From Squalus acanthias (taxonomy: Eukaryota), in assembly GCA_030390025.1 (NCBI GenBank), contig CM059449.1, positions 17,112,001-17,176,000 on the forward strand: a stretch of DNA of 64,000 bases. Direction: 5' to 3'. The position numbers and the translations under genes are program-made. Positions within the stretch are counted from its first letter, which is position 1; every line of letters starts with the position of its first letter. Below, in pieces: positions 24,101 through 36,164 of this stretch. The notes beneath the pieces were generated by a model. The model worked only from the letters and a program-made list of their open reading frames with translations. It did no database searches and was not told the DNA's origin.

Positions 24101-27078
24101 TAGAAAAGCTCGGATTCATTAGCTTTGTAAAAAGGACGAACATAGTTGCGCTAACAGAGATATGTAAGGTGCCAAGCAAGAAAATCAAGCGATAATGCGA
24201 AGTACTAAAACAACAAATTAAACGCTGGAAAAACTCAGCAGGCCAGGTACTATTATACAATGCGAAGTACTATTTTGAGATAAACCTCACCTTCAGGTGG
24301 TGGGTTGGGATTTGGGGGAGTAGCCTGAAGCTCGTGTATTTACATTCATAAAGCACCGCGCCTTGAGTAGTTGGGTTCAAGTCAGACATATGACACTTTC
24401 AGGATGTTAATTGTCGACCAATTGTTCCCGATGTACTTTGAAAGTGATATTGACACACAGACACAATTCACAAAACCGAACTGAAATCACTTTGCATAGC
24501 ATATGTACAGCCATACAAATGTCAAAATATTGATAAATTCTAAAAACGAACTCTGATCTTTTCTACTCACTGTCAGTTATTATAAGTTGTGTTCCTGTCC
24601 CGCTTCCTTTCCCAACCGCCGCAATTTCCACCTCGCAGTAGTAAAAATCCGAGTCCATTGTCATTAAATTGATGATTTCAAGGAAAGCCATTCTTTCGGC
24701 AAATAAATTCGGCCCTGACTTCGTTATCCGGCTCTGATAGAAAGGATTCCGAACCGACACTTCCATGTTTTGTGAAGCCCGCCTCCAAACAACCTGTCCA
24801 ACAGTAATATTCGCTTCAAAAGTGCAGTGCAGCTGCACCGATCCTCCTTCTGTTACATTAATGGCATCTGGGGACTGGAACACTCTGATTCCACTCATCA
24901 ACCCATTGTCTAGAGTATAAATGGAACAATGCAATCTGTCAATAGCTACCTACAGAATTACAGACCAGTATTTAAACATAGAATGGTTACAGCACAGAAG
25001 GAGGCCATTCGGCCCGTCGAGCCCGTGCTGGCTCTCTGCAAGAGCACTTCAGCCAGTCCCACTCCCCCGCCCTTTCCCCGTAGCCCTGCATTTGTTTTCC
25101 TTCAGGTACTTATCCAACTCACCTTTGAAAGCCACGATTGAGTCTGCCTCCACCACCGTTTCAGACAGTGCATTCCAGTTACTAACCACTAGCTGCGTAA
25201 AAAGCTTTTTCTCATTTCGCCTTTGATTCTTTTGCCAATCTGTGTCCTCTAGTTCACAACCCTTCCGCCAATGGGAACAGTTTCTCTCTATCTACTCTGG
25301 CTAGACCCCTCATGATTTTGAACACCTCTATCAGATCTCTTCTCAACCTTCTCTGCTCTAAGGAGAACAATTCCGACTTCTCCAGTCTATCCACGTAACT
25401 GAAGCTCCTCTACCCCGAACCATTCTCGTAAATCTTTTCGTCACCCTCTCTGAGGCCTTCACATCGTTCCTAAAGTGCGGTGCCCAGAATTGGCACAATA
25501 CTGCAGTTGAGGCCGAACCAGTGTTTTGTAAAGGTACATCATAACTGCCTTGCCTTCGTACTATATGCCACTATTTATGAAGCCCAGTATCCTGTATGCT
25601 TTGTTAACCGCTTTCTCAACCTGCCCTGCCACCTTCAATGATTTGTGCACATATACCCCCAGGTCTCTCTGTTCATGCACCCACTTTAGGATCATACCCT
25701 TAGTTTATTTTGCCTCTCCTCGTTCTTCCCACCAAAATGTATCACTTTGCACTTTCCTGCGTTAAATGTCATCTGCCACGAGGGGCGAAGCTCAAATTAA
25801 AGTATCTTTCACTATCACTAATTGACATTACTGGGTGTCCTTTCTTTGTTCGAATAAATTGGGATCAATGTATCCGTACATGAAATACCGCAACCTGTCA
25901 ATTAACGTTGTACAATTATTATGAATTGAGCCCAGATTGATCGCTCACTGCGGGGAAGGATCTGATTTCCAAGGGTCTCACTTTAGACGTTAACTAGTTA
26001 GCTGTAAGAAGGGAAGTCAGGCGGAAACTATTCGCCTATAGAGGAAGAGATTTGTGGAAGTGGCCGTGGGAGTGGGCAGTACAAATTGATTCAAGAGAAA
26101 ACATGTGTGTTTCTGGAGAAAGAAGCATTGATCTGTCAAACAGGGACAGGTTTTTTTGGACATAATGATCTCTTGTGTCCCACAATTTACAAGCTGCTAT
26201 GAAGAATTTAAAATGCTGATTGATCCATCAATCATTGAGCGACAAACCGGTATTCAGCTGTCATTAATTACATTGGGTACTTTTCCCGTTTCTCAACGGA
26301 ACTTTGGGAAATTAAAGTCCATAATCGGATTGAACAGCTGTATATATTCAGAACTTTATGGTGGAAAAATTACAGGCAATTGTCACTTTATAAAAGGGGA
26401 TCTGCTGTATTTCCACGCACTTGGTTTTCTTTGCAAAACTATTGACATAATATAATCACCACTTCCCAACGCAGTTCTATTTCACCGTCCTACTGGGAGC
26501 AGATTTCACTTCTGTCATCTTTAATAATTTAAGAAGGAAACATGTCCTTTATATTACCTCAGGTGTAAGCATGAAAACTTTGGAAATGTGTTGAATATGA
26601 ATCGTTTGCTAATGGAATAAATTGTGTCGAACGCAAAGACGTTGAATTGTCGAGTAGAAGGTATAATGTCAGATAATTGCATGTGTAACACAGTCGGTCA
26701 GGAGTCCGTGAGTTAATTTATTTCCATAAGTACATTTTAGTAGGCCCTATTAATTATGTTAATTTTATAATGCAAATTCACCGCATCTGCATGGAGGAGA
26801 ACGTTAATGTGTATAATATATATATAATGTTCCCCGAAAGATAAAATGCTTATACCGTTGAAATGGTGGATTCAATGCAAAGTAACACAGCAAAATAAAA
26901 TAAAACAATTTATTTTACACACTGTAACTTCGTTATATATTAGGTCTGCATAAGGGCACAACCTCCCCTACCAAATAACCGTTAGTCTTAATAAATATAG
27001 AATTAAAATGTGAACATCAGAAGATAGCGACTCACCGACATGCAAGAGTATGGTCAGTAAATTGGAGAACATCCACAT
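17944..27078 (-). CDS. NKp30/NCR3-like IgSF receptor with two VJ-type V domains (predicted exons 27036-27078, 24571-24909, 20082-20432, 18428-18559, 18096-18117, 17944-17986; ~309 aa)
   Basis: GT-AG sites with compatible phases join MWMFSNLLTILLHV-D-NGLMSG, V1, V2, a hydrophobic TM and a tail ending PDPLYSEIHETGG*. The single-gene model and the V2 donor (20082 vs 20091) are inferred. Confidence 0.7.
18428..18559 (-). CDS. Stalk + transmembrane exon
   Basis: GGECSHGDSAPMIPPLVYAAVAVPLLIIIIIIVIVVITQRRKR; acceptor tttacacacag, donor G|GTAAC, phase 1-1. Confidence 0.85.
18870..19235 (-). mobile_element. CR1 3' fragment
   Basis: VEVWNSLPQ motif and CR1 3' UTR. Similar fragments at ~17488-17787, 35090-35600, 40130-40378 and 42225-42435. 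Confidence 0.8.
20082..20432 (-). CDS. Ig V exon 2 (NKp30-like)
   Basis: QSPQ..AGQTANLLC, IGSYTW, GNEVSNNTAEYRGR, EDTGFYFCKVQLVG, GPGTRVTVE (compare human NKp30 IGSVTW..GKEVRNGTPEFRGR..CRVEVLG..GNGTRLVVE); acceptor cacttgcag. Confidence 0.92.
20573..20875 (-). mobile_element. Penelope pseudo-LTR fragment with a minimal hammerhead motif (20636-20672)
   Basis: Minus strand ctgacga-aaagtc-gtc-gacct-gaaacgtt followed by cagatgctgcctggcctgctgag. Confidence 0.75.
21765..22623 (+). repeat. Segmental duplication block B (inverted copy at ~36165-36985)
   Basis: Shared CR1 tail + unique sequence + CT/CA microsatellite; paralogous ORFs 21913+ and 36578-. Confidence 0.9.
22682..23818 (+). repeat. Direct duplication block C (copy at ~25273-26408); first ~500 bp is a minus-strand CR1 fragment
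   Basis: Roughly 90% identity by eye, including the unique part; paralogous ORFs 23519+ and 26156+. Confidence 0.9.
24571..24909 (-). CDS. Ig V exon 1 (NKp30-like)
   Basis: QSP..EGGSVQLHC, VGQVVW, EV...PFYQSR, DSDFYYCEVE, GKGSGTGTQL; acceptor tactctag, donor A|GTGAGT. Confidence 0.92.
24977..26408 (+). repeat. Minus-strand CR1 3' fragment (24977-25780) and direct duplication block C'
   Basis: Same CR1/unique junction (tgccacgagggg.gaagctcaaattaa) as at 23180. Confidence 0.88.
27036..27078 (-). CDS. Signal-peptide exon
   Basis: ATG at 27078, MWMFSNLLTILLHV, phase-1 donor G|GTGAGT that joins V1 in frame. Confidence 0.7.
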
Positions 27079-27924
27079 GTGAATAGTTTGCATTTTTATT
27101 CTTGCTCCGCAGGACACTACGAGCTACCATCTGACCCGCAGCGTCCCAAAGTGCTGTTAAGTGTAACAAACGTCCCACAACAGACGCTGACTTATATGAC
27201 GAAACCTTCTGGTGGTTTAACACCACACAGACGAACTCTGTTCACTGCGCACGTTTTCCAATTGTAGTCGGATACGTCATATTTTAAGAATATTAAAGAT
27301 AGAAGCACTACTTTAACATTACACAAGCGGTACATTGAAACAAAGGAACAACGCCTCGCAGTTCAGTTTCATCCTTCACTAATTTCAGTGAGTGTTTACG
27401 CACCCGGGGGATCGGAACTCATCTTGCACCTGTTTAAACAATGACAAACTCATTAGAATGAAGTTAGAGGGCGAAGAGTTTGTAAATGAGAACTGGCGAT
27501 AGTACTCGGGTTTGCTTTAAATGGGTAGTGCCTGGCAATTGTCTGAAACATGAACATGTGTTGGCCACATGTCACGGAATGATGCTGAGCCCAGTTGTGT
27601 TAATACAGCAGCATGCCTTTCACGTTCAGAGCGCTTTCGACGGGAACTACATGATCAGTGCTTTTTGCTACTTATTCTAGCCCAACCTTTTTTTTTAAAA
27701 CGTGTACTTTTAAGAGTTATCTGGCCCAAGAAACTGTAATGCTGCAGTAGGACTACCAGAGCCTAAACTGGGATAAATCAACACTGTAGTTACAGAAAGG
27801 GGAGAGCACCTGGAAAAAGAACAGTAGGGTCTAAGCTCAACTTCCTTTGGGAGCGGAAAACGAGCAGTGGCGGATTGGCAGCCTGTGATAAACCCCACCC
27901 GATTTACCTTTTCATATCAATGGA

Positions 27925-28363
27925 AGTTATGATGAACCTTTATAAAACTCTAGTTCAGCCACAACTGGAGTATTGAGTCCAATCCTGGGCACTGTACCGA
28001 AGGAAGGATGTAAAGGCTTTAGAGAGGGTGCAGAAAAGATTTACGAGAATGGTTCGTTGATAGACTGGAGAAGCTGGGGTTGTTCTCTTTGGAGCAGAGA
28101 AGATTGAGAGGAGATTTGATAGAGGTGTTCAAAATCATGAGGGGTCTTGACAGAGTAGATAGAGAGAAACTGTTCCCATTGGCGGAAGGGTGGAAAACCA
28201 GAGGACACAGATTTAAGGTGATTGGCAGAAAAAAAAATGGCCGGGCTACGGGGAAAGGGCGGGGAGAGTGGGACTCGCTGAAGTTCTCTTGCAGAGAAAG
28301 CCGGCACTGGCTCGACGGGCCAAATGGCCTCCTTCTGTTCTGTAACCATTCCATGATTCTATG
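27925..28363 (+). mobile_element. CR1 3' fragment
   Basis: FSLEQRRLRGDLIEVFKIMRGLDRVD plus CR1 tail. Confidence 0.85.
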
Positions 28364-29041
28364 AGAAGTTTCTTCTGCATTCCCTATTTGATATATCATT
28401 GGCCTCTAGTTTTGCTTTAAGGCAAAAGGGGCCTCACACTAAAGCAGTGGAAATATTTGCGAGATGATTCTTTGCAGTTACCCACCCACAGTTCACACCT
28501 CACGATCTGTAGCGTTCAGCGATAAACACATTTCCGTCAGATGTCGATCTCGCTAGAATATTTATAGAACATCATCTGCGAGTTTCAAAATACTCGCTGA
28601 GGTTAACAGGTTGGGCTGGGCAGCGAAGCGCTCGACGCCCACACAGCTTCAGTCTAGGCACGTAGCTGACCGCAGAGCCGAGTCTACGTGTTGACTGACA
28701 CCAGGGCCACGAACCTCAATAGCTATCAGGTCGCTGCAGACCCTGACAAGCTGTCAGATACTCTGTGCAGAAAGCCCTTACTATCCTTCTGATTCGCACG
28801 TACACAATCTGTACAGACCTTTCTCTCACACACGAGCGCTCATACACGCCCAGTCAGCCCAGCACTGCTGTTGCAGTTAGAGTTATGTATATATCTATAT
28901 GTGTGTACACGCAATGTGACAAGTTCTTCAGAGAGATCAACGATCGGGAAAGGAAAACTCACTTAGTTAAGCTGAAAAGGGAGCTCTTGACTATGTGCGT
29001 GTGAAGTAAAATTAAGGAACAGGACCCGTTTAGGATTCATC

Positions 29042-29480
29042 TGTGGCTCAGTGGGTAGCACCCGAGTCTCTGAAGGTCGTGGGTTCAAGTCTCACTCCAG
29101 AGACTTGAGCACAAAAATCTAGGCTGACACTCCAGTGGCAGTACTGATGGAGCGCTGCACTGTCGGATGTGCCTTCTTTCGGATGAGATGTTAAACCGAG
29201 GGCCTGTCTGCTCTCTCAGGTGGATGTAAAAGATCCCATGGCGCTATTGCGAAGAAGAGCAGGGGGAGTTCTCCCCGTGTCCTGGTCAATATTTATCCCT
29301 CAATCAACATCACTAAAAAACAGATGATCACATTGCTGTTTGTGGGAGCTTGCTCTGCACAAATTTAGCTGCCGCGTTTCCTACATTACAACAGTGACTA
29401 CACTCCAAAAAGTACTTCATTGGCCGTAAAGCGCTTTGCGACGGCCTGAGGAGATGAAATGCGCTATATAAATGCATTTC
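29042..29480 (+). mobile_element. DeuSINE (SacSINE1-like), near full length
   Basis: Box A (tggctcagtgg), box B (ggttcaagt), Deu domain, L2-like tail. Confidence 0.88.
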
Positions 29481-29744
29481 CTTCTTTTCTTCCTAAACGA
29501 GAAAACGCAGGTAGGCTACAGTGTGATGGAGTTTTCAATTAATTATTCACAAGAATTTTCATGTAAACTATACAGTTAATACTCCAAAGTAGTAATGTTG
29601 TGGGGTAATTATTGGTAACAATGTAATGGTGGTTCTAATACTGGGACACTGACCAACTCCTGGGTGGCTAATTGTCCTGTCTCAGATTGTGACACGCACA
29701 GCATCGCCCCTCCCGATCCGCGATCTAATGCTCACAACAGTGGT

Positions 29745-30180
29745 TTCAATCATTCACTGACTGAGCTTTTTGCCGGCTCACTAATTCACTAATTGACTTA
29801 TTAGTGGATTGATTGAGTGACCGATTTAGGACTGATTAGTAGACTGAAGGTCGGAGCATCTGAAGGAGGATTGATTGAAAATTGTTTGATTGATTTAGGA
29901 TTAATTAACGAATCATCTTTTGAATAAGTGGATGATTGATTCATTGACTGAAACCAATTGATTAATTCACTGTTAATCGATCAGGTGATTGACCAAATGA
30001 CCGATTGGCGATTGTCCGATTGTTTGAGGAGCCAATGCTTGATTTACTGATCAATGGACTGATCGATAGATTATTCGACTGGTTGATTAACAGCAAATCT
30101 CTCGATTGAATGGCCGATTGATTTATTCACTTATTGATTAACTAATTCATAGGTAGATAGACAGATGAATCGATAGACCG
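29745..30180. repeat. Degenerate (GATT/GACT)n low-complexity tract
   Basis: Recurring gattgattg/gactga units. Confidence 0.7.
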
Positions 30181-30284
30181 AAGTAAATTTACTTCTTGAG
30201 GATTATTTCATTGATCGCCGATTCAAAGTTTTCATTTCGGAAGCATAATTCACAACTTTGTCCCTTTGCCGGAGTCTGACCTTC

Positions 30285-31790
30285 ATTATTTGTTGATTTA
30301 TAATCTGTCCAACAGCATTGCTACTGTTCTGGGGCCTGTAGACTTTTTCCCCTTATTATTTTTTATCTCCACCCAAACCGATTCTATATCTTGATCTTCT
30401 GAGCCAATATCACTTCTCACCACTGCACTGATCCCATCCTTTACCAACAAAGCCACCCCACCTCCCTTTCCTTTGTTTCTAACCTTCCGAATTATAATAT
30501 ACCCTGGAATATTCAGTTCCCAGCCCTGGTCGCCTTGCAACCACGTCTCTGTAATGGCGATCAGATCATACCCATTTGTATCTATTTGTGCCGGCAACTC
30601 ATCTATCTTGTTACGAATGCTACGTGCATTCAGATATAGAGCTTTTAACTTTGTCTTTTTACCATTTGCCTTGATTTTGCCTTTTTGTCTGTTACACTCT
30701 TATTTTTTAAACATTCTGTCCCTTCCTGTCACACTCTGATTATTATTTCCCTATCTCTAGCCTGCTCTATTGCTTTCTCATTTCTCATTAACTTTTTATT
30801 TTCCCGCTCACCTGGATCCTCCCCCACACTATTTAGTTTAAAGCCCTCTCTACAGCCCGAGTTATTCGATTTGCCAGGAATTACAGCCCAGCATGGTTCA
30901 AGTGAAGCCCGAACAAACGGAACAGCTCCCCCTTATCCCAGTACTGGTGCCAGTGCCCCACTAATAGAAACCCATTTCTCCGATACCAGTCTTTGAGCCA
31001 CTCGTTCATTTCCCTGATCTTATTTATCCTATGCAAATTCGCTCGTGGCTCAGGTAGTAATCGAGAGATTATTACCTTTGTGGTTCTGCTTTTTAATTTA
31101 GCCCCTAGCTGCTCATACTCTCTCAGCAGAACCTCATTCTTTGTCCTACCTACGTCATTGGTACCTACGTTAACCGTGACAACTGGATCTTCCCCCTCCC
31201 ACTCCAAGTTTCTCTCCAGCCCAGAAGAGATGTCCTTAACCCTGGCACCGGGCAGGCAACACAGCTTTCGGGACTCACGCTTTCATCTGCAGAGAACAGT
31301 ATCTATCCCCCTCTCTATACTGTCCCCTATCACTACTACATTTCTTTTTACTCCCCCCACTTGAATGGCTCCCTGTACCACGGTGCTGTGGTCAGATTGC
31401 TCATCCTCCCTGCAGTCCCTGGCCTCGTCCACACATTGAGCAAGAATCTCGTACCTGTTGGACAAGACCAAGGGCTGAGACTCCTCCACCACTACCTCCT
31501 TGATCCCAATACCTGCCTCGCTTGTAGTCACACCCTCCTGTCCCTGACCATGTGCCAAATTGGAAGTAATTATTCTAGTGGGTGTGACTGCCTCCCGGAA
31601 CTTAGTGTCCAGGTAACGCTCCCCTCCCTAATGTGTCGCAGAGTCTGAAGCTCGGACTCCAGCTCATCAACTCTGAGCCGAAGATCCTCCAGCAGCCAAC
31701 TTTTGCTGCAGATGTGGTCGCCTTGGACCTCAATGGTGAACACGAGCTCCCACATGCAACAACAACAACACATTGCCTGGTCTCCCATCT
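30285..31790 (-). mobile_element. Inverted 5' part of a CR1 LINE (ORF1 zinc finger + SGNH esterase; EN N-terminus)
   Basis: MGDQAMCCCCCMWELV..CSK, VVVIGDSI, VGTND, GLHLN, DLIAITETWL. Confidence 0.9.
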
Positions 31791-34229
31791 CATGGTAGCC
31801 TGGAGGAGGAGTTCACAGAGTGCATCCGGAATGTTTTCCTGGAACAGTATGTAATGGAACCAACATGGGAGCAGGCTATCTTCGATCTGGTACTATGTAA
31901 TGAGACAGAATTAATAAATGATCTCACAGTAAAGGATCCTCTAGGAAAGAGTGATCATAGCCTGGTTGAATTTCAAATTCAGTTGGAGGGTGAGAAAGTT
32001 GTATCCCAAACCAGTGTCCTGATCTGAAGCAAAGGCAATTATAATGGCATGAGGGCAGAACTGGCTAAAGTGGACTGGAAAAACAAATTAAAGGCTAAGA
32101 AAGTTGAAATGCAGTGGCGGACATTTAAGGAGATATTTCATAACTCTCAACAAAAATATATTCCAGTGAGAAAGAAAGATTTTAAGAGAATGGAGCACCA
32201 TCCGTGGCTAACAAAGGAAGTAAAAGATGGTATCAAATTGAAAACGAAGGCATACAATGTTGCCAAGATTGGTGCGAGACCAGAGGATCGGACATTTTTA
32301 AAAACCAGCAAAGGATGACTAAAAAAATAATAAAGAGAGAGAAGATGAATTATGAGAGTAAGCTGGCAAGAAACATTAAAACAGATAGTATGAGCTTCTA
32401 CAGGTATATAAAAAGGAAGAGGATAGCTAAAGTAAACGTTGGTCCCTTAGAGGTTGAGACTGGGGAATTAATAATGGGTAACGGTGAAATGGCAGAGACT
32501 CTGAACAAATATTTTGGATCTGTCTTCACTGTAGAAGACATTAACAACATCCCAATAATGGATAATCAAGGGGCCACAGGGAGTGGGGAACTAAAGACAA
32601 TCGCTATCACTGAGGAAATAGTACTCGGTAAAATAATGGGACTAAAAGGCGACAAGTCCCCTGGACCAGATGGCCTGCATCCCAGAGTCTTAAAAGAAGT
32701 GGCTGCAGAGATAGTGGATGCATTGGTTGCAATATACCAAAATTCCCTGGACTCTGGATAGGTCCCAATGGATTGGAAAACCGCTAATGTAACACCCCTA
32801 TTTAAGAAAGGAGGGAGACAGAAAGCAGGAAACTATAGACCGTTAGCCTAACATCTGTCGTTGGGAAAATGCTGGAGTCCTTATTAAGGAAGTAGTAGCA
32901 GGGCATTTAGAAAAACATACTGCAGTCAAACAGAGCCAGCATGGTTTTAGGAAAGGGAAATCATGTTTAACAAATTTGCTGGAGTTCTTTGAGGATGTAA
33001 CAATCAGGGGGGACAAGGGTGAGCCAGTGGATGTGGTGTATTCGAATTTCCAGAAGGCTTTCGATAAGGTGCCACATAAAAGGTTACTGCATAAGATAAG
33101 AGCTCACAGAGTTGGGGGTAATATATTAGCATGGATACAAAATTGGCTAACTAACAGAAAGAAGAGAGTCGGGATAAATGGGTCATTTTCCGGTTGGCAA
33201 ATGGTAACTAGTGGGGTGCCACAAGGATCGGTGCTGGGGCCCCAACTATTTACAATCTACATTAATGACTTGGATGAAGGGATCAAGTGTAATGTAGCCA
33301 AGTTTGTGAATGATTCAAAGATTGGTGGGAAAGCAAGTTGTGCAGAGGACTCAAAGAATCTGCAAAGGGATATAGACAGGCTAGGTGAGTGGGCAAACAT
33401 TTGGCAGATGGAGTATAATGTGGGAAAGTGCGAGATTATCCACTTTGGCAGGAAAAATAAAAAACAAACTATTATTTAAATGGAGAGAGATTACAAAACG
33501 CTGCAGTTCAGAGGGACCTGCGGGTCCTTGTGCATGAATCATAAAAAGTTAGCATGCAGGTACAGCAAGTAATCAAAAAGGCAAAAGAAATGTTTGCCTT
33601 TATTTCAAGGGGGTTGGAGTATAAAAGCAGGGAAGTCCTGCTACAACTGTTCAAGGTATTGGTGAGAACACACCTTGAGTACTGCGTACAGTTTTGGTCT
33701 CTTTATTTGAGGAAGGATATATTTGCATTGGAGGCAGTTCAGAGACGATGCACTAGGTTAATTCCAGAGATGAGGGGGTTGACTTATGAGGAAAGGTTGA
33801 GCAGGCTGGGCCTATACTCATTGGAATTTAGAAGAATGAGAGGTGATCTTATCGAAACATAAGATACTGAGGGGGCTCGACAGGGTAGATGCAGAGAGGA
33901 TGTTTCCCCTCGTAGGGAAATCTAGAACTCGGGGGCACAGTCTCAGAATAAAGGGTCACCCTTTTAGAACTGAGATGAGGAGGAACCTCTTCTCTCAGAG
34001 GGTCGTAAATTTGTGGAATTCTCTGCCCCAGAGAGCCGTGGAGGCTGGGTCATTAAATACATTTAAAGTGGAGTTAGAGACATGTTTGCAAGATAAGGGA
34101 GTGATGGGTTATGGGGAGCGTGCAGGGAAGTGGCTTTGAGCCCAAGATCAGCCATGATCTTACTGAATGGTGGAGCAGGCTCGAGGGGCCATGTGGTCTA
34201 TTCCTGCTCCTATTTCTTCTGTTCTTATG
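31791..34229 (+). mobile_element. 3' part of the same CR1 LINE (EN C-terminus, RT, 3' tail)
   Basis: [35 protein letters not shown], (ttcttatg) tail; TTC flanks both ends of the composite. Confidence 0.92.
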
Positions 34230-36164
34230 TTCGCTCTCACACTATTTACTCTGCCTGGCGTCTTTTGGCTAACTATAGTTTCACCATTAAAAGCTCTCAC
34301 ACGAACTTGTTTCAGACTCATTCCTCTGTGGAACGGTGAGAAATTGGGAAAGCCGAGTTCTGCTGAATCTGCAGAGCTGGGTTCTCCCGAGCAACAAGCT
34401 GCCTCTGCACATGTTAGAGATTGGTTGATTTTTTTGATTTGTTCATGGGATGTGGCGGTCTGTTTGGTCTCTGAATCATTGAAATTGCAGCATAGGAGGT
34501 CATTTGTCCATCGCCCATGCACCCACTATAGCTCTTGCACAGGAGTTATCTACTCTTAGCCTATTCTCCTGACCATCCAGCCTCGTGCCTTTAAAACCTT
34601 CCTTTCCATTAACTTCGCCAGTCCCCTTAGAAATTATAGGCATTGCAGGCCATAATATTGCTTTGAAATTTGGCGGATCCTCTCCACGATGAGAATTGGT
34701 TCTTCACCAAGGTGTCTCGGTACTATAAACACATATATGCTCTCTTTGCCAACAGGCTCAAGGAGACGTACGTTTAAAGACAGCATTTCTACAAACTCTT
34801 GTTTTCCTGGTCTCCAACAATCTCATCAACGATATATTGACTCCAGGAGCTCCTCGCACTGTGGGCCTACATTTGTCCATCAGATGTGCAGTCTTGACAC
34901 CAATGATGAGGACAATGGTGTAGCACAGATAGGATAATGAGAGCTAATGGTACGAACAGCAAATTATTATCTGGCAACTGCTGTAGATTCTTAGTACAAG
35001 GCGAGCAGGCTAATGGTGCGATGTTTGGGCAGAGAATGACATGTAATGTTCTATCGCCCCAACTGTTCTGTGCCGCCTGTCCAGAGCTTTGACATCCTTT
35101 CTAAAGTGTGGTGCCCAGAATTGTACACAATACAAAAGCTGAGGCCTAACCAGTGATTAGTAAAGGCTTAGCTTCACTTCCTTGTTGTTGTATTCAATGC
35201 CCCTTGACAAAGCCAGGTATCCCACACGCTTTCTTACCCGCCTTGTCAACTTGCCCTGCCACCTTCAAATATTTGTGAATATGCACACCCAGGTCTCTCT
35301 GCCCTTGCACCCCCTCAAAATAGCACCATTTAGGTTACAGTGCCTCTCGATGTTGCTCCTCTCAAAGTGCATCACTTCACACTTAGCCGCATTAAATTGC
35401 ATCTCCCATGTGCCTGCCCATTTCATCAGGCTCTGTCCTCCTGAAGTCTGCTACTATCCCTCTTACTATTTACTATGTTACCAAGTATTGCATCATTCAC
35501 AAATTTCGAATTGTGCTCCCTATACCCACGTCCAGATCATTTCTATGTAACAAGAAAAGCAATGGTCCTAATACCGTTCACTGGGGAACCCCATTGTATA
35601 CTTCTCACCAGTGACAGAAACATCCACGACTCTCTGCATCCTATCCCGTGGTCAGTTACGTACCCAGGTTACAGGTGAAGCCATGAATCTACCCCGCGTG
35701 TGAGTATCTGCGCGAACTGTCCTTGAGAGAGAATGCGAGTGTGTGTGTGTGTGTGTGTGTGTGTGAGCGAGAGAGAGACAGAACCATGTGCGAGAGAGAT
35801 AACTGCGGTTATATATACAGCTTGCAATTCATTTTTTTTCCATTCCCTCACATCCGGACTCTGACTCAGGTTCACTCTCCCACTGCATTACTCAAATATT
35901 CCTGTCTGTACAATACCTGAATATCTTTTCTGAAATGATATCGCCGCCGAAAGGGGGAATGAATTGGGCTGCAGTTACCTGGGCATTCGCTATGTTCTCC
36001 TGTAAGCTTATGTCTGACACATCAGGTCCATTCAGGAATATGGGGTGGATTTTCAAATTTGTGCCTGGGCGTAAAACTGGCGTTGCGGAGCGGCCGACTG
36101 TTATTGAAACGGACTGATTTTAATTTCCATTATTTCATACTGAATTTAATGAAATATTGTATGT

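Noticed and set aside
24291-24324. Pro-rich mini-exon (ATPPNPNPPPE) with a good donor between V1 and V2
   Set aside because: Needs phase-0 entry; spliced to V1 (phase 1) it gives a stop. It could make a secreted V1 form, but there is no support.
20082-24909. V exons as rearranging Ig/TCR/NAR segments
   Set aside because: The J-like strand is already joined in each exon and is followed by a splice donor; no convincing heptamer-spacer-nonamer RSS or C domain was seen.
29042-29100. tRNA gene
   Set aside because: It is the tRNA-derived head of a SINE, continuing into the Deu domain.
30255-30275. SGKGTKL on the minus strand, J-segment-like
   Set aside because: Immediately followed by a stop; no FG/WG motif or RSS.
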